The notes beneath the pieces were generated by a model that made no database searches, was not told the origin of the DNA, and saw nothing but the letters and a program-made list of their open reading frames with translations. A DNA stretch of 38,605 bases from Candidatus Barnesiella excrementipullorum (GTDB lineage Bacteria > Bacteroidota > Bacteroidia > Bacteroidales > Barnesiellaceae_A): the NCBI GenBank assembly GCA_019114665.1, contig DXFB01000139.1:1-38605 (forward strand). Direction: 5' to 3'. Shown here one piece after another: positions 17,703 to 26,529 of the stretch (positions are counted from its first letter, which is position 1; the number at the start of each line of letters is the position of its first letter). The translations under genes were made by a program, and so were the position numbers.

Positions 17703-19064
17703 ATGCCTGACTCTTCTCACTCTACCGACCGACGGATGTGCTGGGAACGGCTCATTACCGCCAAACGCTTCGGCATGGAGAAATACCATGACGAACGCAT
17801 ACACACACGCACCGATTTCCAGCGCGACTACGACCGAATGGTATTCTCGGCTCCTTTCCGCCGGCTCCAAAACAAGACGCAAGTATTTCCCCTGCCCGGC
17901 AGCATATTTGTACACAACCGGCTGACACACAGCCTCGAAGTGTCGTGCGTAGGCCGCTCTTTGGGACATAATGTCGCAGCGGCCCTGTCAGAAAAATATG
18001 CCGGCACACCGGCCGCCGACAAATTGCCGCACATAGGCTCTATCGTTGCAGCGGCCTGTTTGGCTCACGACTTGGGCAACCCGCCCTTCGGGCACTCGGG
18101 CGAACGCGCCATCGCCACCTATTTTTCAGAAGGCAACGGACTTGCACTCAAAGGGCAACTGAACGAATGGGAGTGGAAAGACTTCACTCACTTCGAGGGT
18201 AACGCCAACGCATTCAGGCTGCTGACACACCAGTTCAACGGCCGCCGCCCAGGAGGTTTTGCCCTCACCTACTCTACGTTGGCTTCTATCATCAAATATC
18301 CGTATGCTTCGACTTTCTCCCCCAAGAAAGGCAAGCTGGGCTTCTTTGCCTCGGAACGCGAAAACTTTTGCCGCGTAGCCGACGACCTCGGGATGCTCCC
18401 CGACGGCGAGAGCGGATTTGTCTATCACCGCCACCCCTTGGTATACCTCGTAGAGGCGGCCGACGACATCTGCTACCAAATCATGGACATAGAAGACGCA
18501 CACAAGCTCAAAATACTCACCACGGCCGAGACCAAAGAGCTGTTGCTGGCCTATATCTCGCCCGAAAGATACGACCACATACAGCAGGTGCTCGATATGG
18601 TAAACGATACCAACGAGCAGATTGCATACCTGAGGTCGAGCGTCATAGGCATTCTCACCGACGAGTGCTCACGCATCTTTGTCGAGCATGAGGAGGAGCT
18701 CCTCACGGGCAGATTCAAAGGCAACCTCATAGAACATATCGCCGACCTGCCCCGCAAAGCATACCGACAATGCTCTGATGTAGCCTACCACAAAATATAC
18801 ACCAGCAGCGATGTCTTGGATATCGAACTGGCCGGTAACCGCATCATCACAGAGCTGCTGGACAAGCTCATCGATGCCGTCCGTTTTCCCGAGAAGGCCT
18901 ATTCGCAACTGCTGCTCAACAAAGTGCCGCAACAATATGAGACCCGCGCCGAGTCGCTCTACGGCAAGTTACAGGCTGTTGTCGACTACATCTCGGGAAT
19001 GACCGACGTATATGCACTCGACCTATATCGCAAAATCAACGGCATGAGTCTCCCTGCCGTATAA
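17703..19064 (+). CDS. dgt: Deoxyguanosinetriphosphate triphosphohydrolase (HD-domain dNTPase)
   Basis: FQRDYDR, FRRLQNKTQVFP, HNRLTHSLEV, AHDLGNPPFGHSGE, FEGNAN, EAADDICY and DYISGMTD. The start could be 17736. Confidence 0.95.
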   Translation: MPDSSHSTDRRMCWERLITAKRFGMEKYHDERIHTRTDFQRDYDRMVFSAPFRRLQNKTQVFPLPGSIFVHNRLTHSLEVSCVGRSLGHNVAAALSEKYAGTPAADKLPHIGSIVAAACLAHDLGNPPFGHSGERAIATYFSEGNGLALKGQLNEWEWKDFTHFEGNANAFRLLTHQFNGRRPGGFALTYSTLASIIKYPYASTFSPKKGKLGFFASERENFCRVADDLGMLPDGESGFVYHRHPLVYLVEAADDICYQIMDIEDAHKLKILTTAETKELLLAYISPERYDHIQQVLDMVNDTNEQIAYLRSSVIGILTDECSRIFVEHEEELLTGRFKGNLIEHIADLPRKAYRQCSDVAYHKIYTSSDVLDIELAGNRIITELLDKLIDAVRFPEKAYSQLLLNKVPQQYETRAESLYGKLQAVVDYISGMTDVYALDLYRKINGMSLPAV

Positions 19065-19083
19065 ATCCATAACGTAATATTTT

Positions 19084-20310
19084 ATGAAATCACGAATTCT
19101 ATCCTTTATACTCCTTGCACTGCTCTGGCTCACCCCCTCACAGATAGAGGCCAAAGTATATACCGTAGAAACCGTTCCGAACGTACAGGTTGCCGACCGC
19201 ACGCGGTTTGTCACCGACCCCGATAACCTGCTGGGTGAGAGCGCAACCCGCCATATCGACTCTATGCTGGTGCAGGTGCGCGACAGCAATACCGTAGAGA
19301 CAGCCGTTGTCGTACTACCCTCTATCGGCAACAGCGACATAGACCTTTTTGCCACCGACCTCTTTACCCATTGGGGCATAGGCCGCAGCAACGATAACGG
19401 GTTGCTCATACTCACCGTCATAGACCAACGGCGTGTTGTATTCCGCACAGGATATGGCATAGAGGGTGTACTGCCCGATGCCATCTGCAAACGCATCATC
19501 GACAGCTATATCATACCGGCTTTCCGCCAAGGCGACTATGGCGGCGGATTAGAGGCTGCCGTAACACAGGTTGCACGCATCATCACCACCCCCGAAGCGT
19601 CGGCCGAACTGACAGCCGGCAGCGATTCGACAGGCAGCAGCTTCAACCTCCTGAACATACTCTATTTCTACCTGGCTTGCAGCTTTATCATATCGCTCCT
19701 GCTCATGCTCTACCTCAACGGCGTTATCAGGAAACACAAAGATTCGCCCTACGATGGTTACAAGCAGCTGAGAGGTATGCTCTCGCTACTGCAAATCTTA
19801 GCCATCTTCTTCCCCTTGTGGGGCGTTGCCAACCTGTCGCGATGCCGCAAAAAGATGCAGGCATTCCGCGATACGCCCCGCACCTGTGAAAACTGCGGCG
19901 CGCTCATGCACAAACTCGACGAACACGAAGACAACGCTTTTCTTACGCCGCAAGAAGACATGGAGGAGAAAATCGGCTCGGTCGACTACGACGTATGGAT
20001 GTGCGACCAGTGTCGCAACATCGATGTTTTACGCTTCGAAGCCCTCTATACCCAATATACCGAGTGCCCGCAATGTCATGCAATGGCATATAGCCTCGCC
20101 CGCGACCACATCGTGCGCCCGGCCTCGTCTGTCTCTGCCGGAGAGGGCGAGAAAATCTATGTCTGCTCATATTGCAAGATGCGCAAGGTGATTCCCTATG
20201 TCATTCCTATGATTGTAGTGGCATCGCACAACAACCGGGGAGGAGGCAGTATCGGCGGAGGCTTCGGGGGCGGCATGACCGGCGGAGGAGGCGCCGGCGG
20301 CAGTTGGTAA
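19084..20310 (+). CDS. TPM-domain membrane protein with four CxxC motifs and a Gly-rich tail
   Basis: Signal peptide, TPM motifs (FVTDPDNLL, WGIG, NGLLIL, TGYGIEGVLPD), two TM segments, CENC/CDQC/CPQC/CSYC and GGGFGGGMTGGGGAGGSW. Confidence 0.88.
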   Translation: MKSRILSFILLALLWLTPSQIEAKVYTVETVPNVQVADRTRFVTDPDNLLGESATRHIDSMLVQVRDSNTVETAVVVLPSIGNSDIDLFATDLFTHWGIGRSNDNGLLILTVIDQRRVVFRTGYGIEGVLPDAICKRIIDSYIIPAFRQGDYGGGLEAAVTQVARIITTPEASAELTAGSDSTGSSFNLLNILYFYLACSFIISLLLMLYLNGVIRKHKDSPYDGYKQLRGMLSLLQILAIFFPLWGVANLSRCRKKMQAFRDTPRTCENCGALMHKLDEHEDNAFLTPQEDMEEKIGSVDYDVWMCDQCRNIDVLRFEALYTQYTECPQCHAMAYSLARDHIVRPASSVSAGEGEKIYVCSYCKMRKVIPYVIPMIVVASHNNRGGGSIGGGFGGGMTGGGGAGGSW

Positions 20311-20328
20311 CTTCATCGAACGACGACT

Positions 20329-20733
20329 ATGACAGAGCGAGACAAACCCCATCCCTTCAAGTGGCGCGAGCGAATGCTTAGCTTCGTCTATGCCGGACGC
20401 GGCATAAAGCTCTTGTGGCGCGAACACAACACACGCATACACTTTGCCGCCACCCTGCTCGTATGCGTGGCAGGAATATGCTTCGGCCTGTCGGCTGCCG
20501 AGTGGGTAGCCATTGTCATCGTCATAGGTTTCGTATGGGTCACTGAGGCACTCAATACAGCCATAGAACGCCTGTGCGACCATGTAGAGCCCGCCCGACA
20601 TCCGGCCATAGCAGCCATCAAGGACATCGCGGCAGGAGCCGTACTGATAGCTGCCATTACGGCTGCTATCACGGGAATCATTATTTTCTTACCTCACGCA
20701 ATCTCTTGCTTAGCCACATGGCTACCGTTATAA
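20329..20733 (+). CDS. dgkA: Diacylglycerol/undecaprenol kinase family protein
   Basis: SFVYAGRGI, EHNTRIH, EALNTAIERLCD and IKDIAAGAVL, with three TM segments. Confidence 0.92.
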   Translation: MTERDKPHPFKWRERMLSFVYAGRGIKLLWREHNTRIHFAATLLVCVAGICFGLSAAEWVAIVIVIGFVWVTEALNTAIERLCDHVEPARHPAIAAIKDIAAGAVLIAAITAAITGIIIFLPHAISCLATWLPL

Positions 20734-20745
20734 AAGTTGGGTTAT

Positions 20746-21837
20746 ATGATTCTAAAACAACTCTCTATCATCAACTTCAAAAACATCGCGCAGGCAGAAT
20801 TGTCGTTCTCGGCCAACATCAACTGCTTTTTGGGCAACAACGGCATGGGCAAAAGCAACCTGCTCGACGCCATATACTACCTCTCTTTCTGCAAAAGTTT
20901 TACCCATGTCAACGACTCGCAAAACATACGGCATGGCGAGGACTTCTTCATGCTGCAAGGCATATACGACCGCAACGACGCCACAGAGACCCTCTCCTGC
21001 GGTATCAGACGCAAGCAGAAAAAATCATTCAAACGCAACAAGAAAGAGTACGAACGGCTCTCGGACCATATAGGTTTCGCCCCGCTGGTAATGATTTCGC
21101 CCGACGATACCATCCTCATCAGAGGGGGCGGCGAAGAGCGGCGACGCTTTATAGATGTCGTCATCTCGCAATGGGACAAGCCCTATCTCGACTCGCTCAT
21201 ACGTTATAACAAAGCCCTCGAACAGCGGAACGCCCTCATCAGGCAACAAACCGGAGACCCCTCCCTGTACGAAATATGGGAAGAACAAATGTCGCTGGCC
21301 GCCGCAAAGGTGTACGATACACGACGCCGGTTCCTGGATGCATTTATCCCGGTATTCAACCGCTTCTATAAGGAGATTGCATCGGGCAACGAGCCAGTAG
21401 GACTTACCTACCGCTCGCACCTCGCCGAGGGCGACTTGCTGCCACAACTGGCCGCGACACGCAGCCGTGACATCCTCATCGGATACACCACCAGAGGCAT
21501 ACACCGCGACGACATGGAGATGACGCTCGACGACTATCCCATGAAGCGAATCGGCTCGCAAGGACAATGCAAAACTTACCTTGTAGCGCTCAAACTGGCA
21601 CAATATGAGTTCCTTGCCCAACATGGCCCCACAACCCCCATACTTCTGCTCGACGACCTCTTCGACAAGCTCGACACCTCCCGCGTAGAGCGCATCATGC
21701 AGCTGGTGGCAAGCGACGTCTTCGGCCAGATTTTCATCACCGACACCAACCGCGAATACCTCGACCAAATCGTCAGGCAGACCACGGCACACCACTCCTT
21801 ATTCAAGGTTGTAAACGGAGTATTTACATCCCTATAA
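20746..21837 (+). CDS. recF: DNA replication/repair protein RecF
   Basis: Walker A GNNGMGKSNLLDAIY, ERRRFID, GIHRDD, GSQGQ and Walker B ILLLDD. Confidence 0.96.
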   Translation: MILKQLSIINFKNIAQAELSFSANINCFLGNNGMGKSNLLDAIYYLSFCKSFTHVNDSQNIRHGEDFFMLQGIYDRNDATETLSCGIRRKQKKSFKRNKKEYERLSDHIGFAPLVMISPDDTILIRGGGEERRRFIDVVISQWDKPYLDSLIRYNKALEQRNALIRQQTGDPSLYEIWEEQMSLAAAKVYDTRRRFLDAFIPVFNRFYKEIASGNEPVGLTYRSHLAEGDLLPQLAATRSRDILIGYTTRGIHRDDMEMTLDDYPMKRIGSQGQCKTYLVALKLAQYEFLAQHGPTTPILLLDDLFDKLDTSRVERIMQLVASDVFGQIFITDTNREYLDQIVRQTTAHHSLFKVVNGVFTSL

Positions 21838-21845
21838 GAATTATC

Positions 21846-22136
21846 ATGCAACGGAAAGAGACACAATCGATAGGCGACATCCTCGACGAGATATTGCAGA
21901 CCCAGAAACTCGATATCGGGCTCGACGGCGCACGCGCCCGGCAGGCATGGCAAGAAACCATGGGAGAAGTAGTAGCTCAATATACCGAACAGCTCTCTTA
22001 CGAAAAGGGGACTCTGATTGTAACGCTCACATCGGCCATCCTGCGCAACGAGCTCTTCATGTGCCGCTCGCAAATCATCCAGAAACTCAACGACAAGATA
22101 GGTCGTCAAACTATACAAAACATAATCTTCAAATAA
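21846..22136 (+). CDS. DUF721 / DciA-family protein
   Basis: 96 aa directly after recF, with W..TMG, GTLIVTLTSAILRNEL and KLN motifs. Confidence 0.8.
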   Translation: MQRKETQSIGDILDEILQTQKLDIGLDGARARQAWQETMGEVVAQYTEQLSYEKGTLIVTLTSAILRNELFMCRSQIIQKLNDKIGRQTIQNIIFK

Positions 22137-22140
22137 TTAT

Positions 22141-22587
22141 ATGCAGCACGAATTTCACTTCCCCACCTTCCGCCACCGCTATCCGGTGCAACTGCGTTTC
22201 AACGACATAGACACCCTCGGGCATGTCAACAACTCTATCTATTTTACTTTCTACGACTTGGGGAAAAGTCGCTATTTTGAGGCAGTAAGGCAATGCAGCA
22301 TCGACTGGCGCCGGGCCGATGTCGTCATAGCCAACATCAACGCCGACTTCGTGTCTCCCATCTACCCCAACGAAGAGATTGCCGTAGAGACCTGCACGCT
22401 CGAAATAGGACATCGCAGCTTCACCCTTTTGCAACGGCTTATAAACGTAGAGACAAACGAGATAAAAGGTATTTGCCGCACCGTCATGGTAGGTTTCGAT
22501 GTTGCCGCCGGCGTAAGCGCCCCCATCAGCGATGAGTGGAAAGAGGCCCTCTGCCGGTATGAACATGCCGAACTGTGCAAAAAGTGA
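22141..22587 (+). CDS. Acyl-CoA thioesterase (4HBT/YbgC hot-dog fold)
   Basis: RFNDIDTLGHVNNSIY motif. Confidence 0.92.
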   Translation: MQHEFHFPTFRHRYPVQLRFNDIDTLGHVNNSIYFTFYDLGKSRYFEAVRQCSIDWRRADVVIANINADFVSPIYPNEEIAVETCTLEIGHRSFTLLQRLINVETNEIKGICRTVMVGFDVAAGVSAPISDEWKEALCRYEHAELCKK

Positions 22588-22620
22588 GCAAAATATAACC
22601 ACCTTTACCTAGGAACACCA

Positions 22621-22628
22621 TATCTTTG
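22621..22628 (+). promoter_or_regulatory. -7 promoter box (TATCTTTG) for the SIS-PfkB pair
   Basis: TAnnTTTG match in the intergenic region, 70 nt before the ATG at 22699. Confidence 0.5.
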
Positions 22629-22698
22629 CAAAAAATAACTCTTCACAGAGGTATGCACAGCGAAGAGAGACGTTTTTACCATATAATGCCATCATAAG

Positions 22699-23316
22699 AT
22701 GAATACCACCGATTCCATTCAAAAGATACTCCATCATGAAGCCGAGGCCATCCTCAACATCCCGGTCAATGACAGCTTCGACCGAGCGGTTGCGCTCATC
22801 GTAGAACAAGTACATCGCAAAAAAGGCAAATTGGTAACCACTGGCATGGGCAAGGCGGGACAAATCGCCATGAATATCGCCACGACCTTCTGTTCGACGG
22901 GCATTCCCTCCGTTTTTCTGCATCCCAGCGAGGCCCAACACGGTGACTTGGGCATCTTGCAGGAAAACGACATCATGCTGCTGGTATCCAACTCGGGCAA
23001 GACGCGCGAAATCCTCGAATTACTCGACCTCACAGCCAACTTCATGCCTCACATACACACCATCGTCATCACCGGCAACGACCACAGCCAACTCGCCGCA
23101 CGTGCCGACGTGTGCCTCTATACCGGAGGAGCTCCCGAAGTGTGCCCCTTGGGACTGACACCCACCACCTCGACGACTCTTATGACCGTCATCGGCGACA
23201 TTCTTGTGGTGAACACCATGAAAGAGACCGGCTTCGATGCCGAACAATATGCCCTGCGCCATCATGGAGGATACCTGGGAGAACAGTCGCGAGAGAAAAT
23301 AAAACAAACCAAATAA
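22699..23316 (+). CDS. KpsF/GutQ-family SIS sugar-phosphate isomerase (arabinose-5-phosphate isomerase-like, no CBS domains)
   Basis: TGMGKAG, FLHPSEAQHGDLG, SNSGKTREI, PTTSTT and HHGGYLG. Confidence 0.9.
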   Translation: MNTTDSIQKILHHEAEAILNIPVNDSFDRAVALIVEQVHRKKGKLVTTGMGKAGQIAMNIATTFCSTGIPSVFLHPSEAQHGDLGILQENDIMLLVSNSGKTREILELLDLTANFMPHIHTIVITGNDHSQLAARADVCLYTGGAPEVCPLGLTPTTSTTLMTVIGDILVVNTMKETGFDAEQYALRHHGGYLGEQSREKIKQTK

Positions 23317-23327
23317 AATACTTCATC

Positions 23328-24257
23328 ATGAGAAAAATTATCGGCATAGGAGAAACCATTCTCGACATCATCTTCCGCAACGGGCAACCCACCAAAGCCG
23401 TGCCCGGAGGTTCTACATTCAACACAGCCATCTCCTTGGGACGGTTGGGCGCCGATGTTTCTCTCATTACCGAGCTGGGCAGCGACACCGTAGGCGACAC
23501 CATCGCCGCATTTATGAAAGAGAATAATGTAGGCACGCAATACATAGACCGCTACTGCGCCGAGGAGGGGAAAACCCCCATCTCCCTGGCATTTCTCGAC
23601 GAGGAAAACAACGCCCACTACTCTTTCTACCACCAATACCCGGCCGACAGGCTCGATGTGGTATGGCCCCGCATCGACAACGACGACATCATCATCTTCG
23701 GCTCTTACTTCTCCATCAATCCCCTGCTGCGACAACGCATCACCGACATCATCGAATATGCACAGATAAGAAAAGCCATCATATACTACGACCCCAACTT
23801 CCGGGCTGCCCACAGCCACGAAGCGATGAAACTGATGCCTGCCGTACTCGAAAACCTGGAATATGCCGATATCATACGAGGCTCGTCGGAAGACTTCGAA
23901 ATTCTGTTCAGACAAACCGAGGCCGAGAAGACCTACCGCGACAACATCAAGTTTTATTGCCCCAACTTCATATATACCTGCGGCGGAAAGGGCGTAGAGC
24001 TATTCTGCAACAACGGGCATCGCCACTTTGATGTCGACGCCATCAAGCCTGTGAGCACCATAGGAGCCGGCGATACTTTCAATGCCGGCATACTGTACGG
24101 GCTCATCAAGCACGACATCACCCGCGACAAGCTCTACAAACTCACACCCGACGAATGGGCTACGATTATGGAATACGCCCTGCATTTCTCGGCACAGGTA
24201 TGCCTCAGCGAAGAGAACTACCTCCCCGCCGAATACGCCGCCGGTTACAGGCTCTAA
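23328..24257 (+). CDS. PfkB-family carbohydrate kinase
   Basis: IIGIGETILD, PGGSTFN, YYDPNFR and STIGAGDTFNAG. The start is the ATG at 23328. Confidence 0.93.
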   Translation: MRKIIGIGETILDIIFRNGQPTKAVPGGSTFNTAISLGRLGADVSLITELGSDTVGDTIAAFMKENNVGTQYIDRYCAEEGKTPISLAFLDEENNAHYSFYHQYPADRLDVVWPRIDNDDIIIFGSYFSINPLLRQRITDIIEYAQIRKAIIYYDPNFRAAHSHEAMKLMPAVLENLEYADIIRGSSEDFEILFRQTEAEKTYRDNIKFYCPNFIYTCGGKGVELFCNNGHRHFDVDAIKPVSTIGAGDTFNAGILYGLIKHDITRDKLYKLTPDEWATIMEYALHFSAQVCLSEENYLPAEYAAGYRL

Positions 24258-24305
24258 ATTTCGATTAACGAAACCGTTAGGCTCCGGCCGTATCGCTTTT
24301 TTTCT

Positions 24306-24313
24306 TACCTTTG
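24306..24313 (+). promoter_or_regulatory. -7 promoter box (TACCTTTG) for the DEAD-box helicase
   Basis: TAnnTTTG match about 117 nt upstream of the ATG at 24430. Confidence 0.6.
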
Positions 24314-24429
24314 CGCCCGATTTTACATACGATTGCAGGGTTCTTTCATTTATAGCCACAAACGCTCCGCGAAGGAAACATAAATGGCTGCCCCCCGCAT
24401 GGCTTACAGCCGCAAACTTTACATAAATA

Positions 24430-26256
24430 ATGAAGACATTCCAAGAGTTAGGCATAGAGGCTCCTATCCTGAAAGCCATCGAAGAATTAGGATACAAGGC
24501 CCCCATGCCCGTACAAGAACAAGTTATCCCGCATCTGCTCGGTGAAGATACCGACCTCATCGCACTGGCACAAACAGGAACAGGCAAAACCGCAGCTTTC
24601 GGATTACCGCTGCTGCAACGTATTGCCGTTGCCGACCTATATCCGCAAGCGCTCATCCTTGCCCCCACACGAGAGCTATGCCTGCAAATCGCCGACGACC
24701 TGGCCGACTACTCAAAATATCTCGACAACCTGCGCGTCACGCCCGTTTACGGCGGTGCAAGTATCGAGGTACAGATACGTTCCCTGCGCAAGGGGGCACA
24801 TGTCATAGTAGCTACGCCGGGCAGACTTATCGACCTCGTAAAACGCCACTGCGTGTCGTTAGAGAAAATCTCTACCGTCATCATGGACGAGGCCGACGAA
24901 ATGCTCAACATGGGCTTCCTCGACAGCATCAACGAGATACTATCCTTCATCCCCGAGGAACGCAAAACGCTCCTCTTCTCTGCGACAATGCCAGCGGGAG
25001 TAGAGCAAATCGCCCGCAACTACATGCACAACCCCCAGGAAATCGTAGTGGGAAGCCGCAACGAAGGAGCCGAAAACATACGCCACGTATACTACATGGT
25101 ATCGGCCAAAGACAAATACCTCGCCCTCAAACGCATAGCCGACTTCTGCCCCAATATTTACGGCATCGTCTTCTGCCGTACGCGCCGCGAGACACAAGAG
25201 ATTGCCGATGCCCTTATTGCCGACGGATACAATGCCGACGCCCTGCACGGCGACCTCTCGCAGGCACAACGCGATATGGTGATGCAGAAATTCCGCCTGC
25301 GCAACCTGCAACTCCTCATTGCCACCGATGTTGCCGCCAGAGGCCTCGACGTAACCGACCTCACACACGTCATCAACTACGGACTACCCGACGATATAGA
25401 GACCTATACCCACCGCAGCGGACGTACTGGACGTGCCGGCAAGTCGGGCATATCGGTATCTATCGTACACAGCCGCGAGAAGGGCAAGATACGCGCCATA
25501 GAAAAGATAATAGGAAAGAAATTTGAGCGTGAGCACATCCCGTCGGGACAACAGATATGCGAGAAACAGCTATTTAACTGGGTAGACCGCATAGAAAAGG
25601 TAGAGATAAACGAATCGGAGATAGAACCGCTGCTGCCGCCCATCTTCCGCCGTCTTTCGTGGCTCGACGAGCAAGACCTCATCCGTCGCTTCGTTTCGCT
25701 CGAATTCAACCGTCTCCTCGAATACTACCGCGATGCACCCGATATAGACCTCCCCGACGAGGCCCCGCGCGAACGCAAGAAGAGAGAGAACGCCCCCCAA
25801 AACAACGGTGCAAAACGCGAAAAAGGCTCGTGCATCGCCGAACGGGGATATGCCCGGCTCTTCGTCAACCAAGGCCGTGCATCGGGTTGCTTCCCGGCCA
25901 ACCTCATAGAACTCATCAACAACAACGTACCGGGACACATCAATATAGGCCGGATAGACCTTTTTGCCGACTATTCGCTCATAGACGTGGAGGAGAAAGC
26001 CGCACAAAAAGTAATCGCAGCCCTCAAACACGCCGATTTCTTCGGCAACCGCGTCTATGCCGAGATAGCCAACCCCGACAAGAAATACGGTATCGACAAG
26101 AAAAACCGCTGGGAAAAGGCCAAAGACAGAACGGCCCGGGCGGCTGCCTCCCACGACCGGCACAGAGAGCGTGCTGCCCGAAAAGATGCCAAGCAAAGCG
26201 GACACAACTACGAGATTTCCGCCAAGAAGGCTACCCCGCGCAAACGCCGCAAATAA
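24430..26256 (+). CDS. DEAD-box RNA helicase with DbpA-type RNA-binding domain (DeaD/CsdA-like)
   Basis: AQTGTGKT, PTREL, DEAD, SAT, ARGLD and HRSGRTGRAG. It ends with a DbpA-like domain (RLFVNQG..IGRIDL) and a basic tail. Confidence 0.95.
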   Translation: MKTFQELGIEAPILKAIEELGYKAPMPVQEQVIPHLLGEDTDLIALAQTGTGKTAAFGLPLLQRIAVADLYPQALILAPTRELCLQIADDLADYSKYLDNLRVTPVYGGASIEVQIRSLRKGAHVIVATPGRLIDLVKRHCVSLEKISTVIMDEADEMLNMGFLDSINEILSFIPEERKTLLFSATMPAGVEQIARNYMHNPQEIVVGSRNEGAENIRHVYYMVSAKDKYLALKRIADFCPNIYGIVFCRTRRETQEIADALIADGYNADALHGDLSQAQRDMVMQKFRLRNLQLLIATDVAARGLDVTDLTHVINYGLPDDIETYTHRSGRTGRAGKSGISVSIVHSREKGKIRAIEKIIGKKFEREHIPSGQQICEKQLFNWVDRIEKVEINESEIEPLLPPIFRRLSWLDEQDLIRRFVSLEFNRLLEYYRDAPDIDLPDEAPRERKKRENAPQNNGAKREKGSCIAERGYARLFVNQGRASGCFPANLIELINNNVPGHINIGRIDLFADYSLIDVEEKAAQKVIAALKHADFFGNRVYAEIANPDKKYGIDKKNRWEKAKDRTARAAASHDRHRERAARKDAKQSGHNYEISAKKATPRKRRK

Positions 26257-26327
26257 CAGGCCCCTTCCTTAGCGTACCATGTTGCCGTGTAACTCCCTGC
26301 CGAGACTATAACATTGCAATACTTGCC

Positions 26328-26369
26328 CGATAAACCCAGACCCGACAACAGGTTTGGGTTTATCGTTTT
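26328..26369 (+). terminator. Intrinsic terminator after the DEAD-box helicase
   Basis: CGATAAACCCAGACC-cgacaaca-GGTTTGGGTTTATCG followed by TTTT. Confidence 0.8.
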
Positions 26370-26494
26370 ATTACCATATCATCACACCTTCGAAGATTTA
26401 TACAGAGTTAATTCTATATCATCTCGTCACATGTAACTATTTAACAACTCTTTTTTACCAACTAATAGGGATTGTTCAGCCCCGTAAACGCTTA

Positions 26495-26502
26495 TACTTT
26501 TG
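26495..26502 (+). promoter_or_regulatory. -7 promoter box (TACTTTTG) for the barrel-imelysin-DHOR-CcsBA operon
   Basis: TAnnTTTG match 27 nt before the ATG at 26530, with a TTG about 20 nt upstream as a possible -33 element. Confidence 0.6.
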
Positions 26503-26529
26503 CACCAGAATAACACTAATTGCAAAAGA

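Noticed and set aside
17703-19064. dGTPase as an anti-phage nucleotide-depletion system, together with dut and nrdDG
   Set aside because: It lies in a housekeeping run with recF and has no defence or mobile genes nearby. The nucleotide genes are far apart and in separate transcription units.
20065-20079. CPQCH in the TPM protein as a haem c attachment site
   Set aside because: It is one of four CxxC pairs and the other three lack the His, so a zinc-ribbon reading is simpler.
26400-26419. Imperfect palindrome ATACAGAGTTAATTCTATAT upstream of the barrel gene as a Fur box
   Set aside because: Only 8 of 10 positions pair in an AT-rich region and it does not match the GATAATGATAATCATTATC consensus. 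It cannot be supported without a motif scan.
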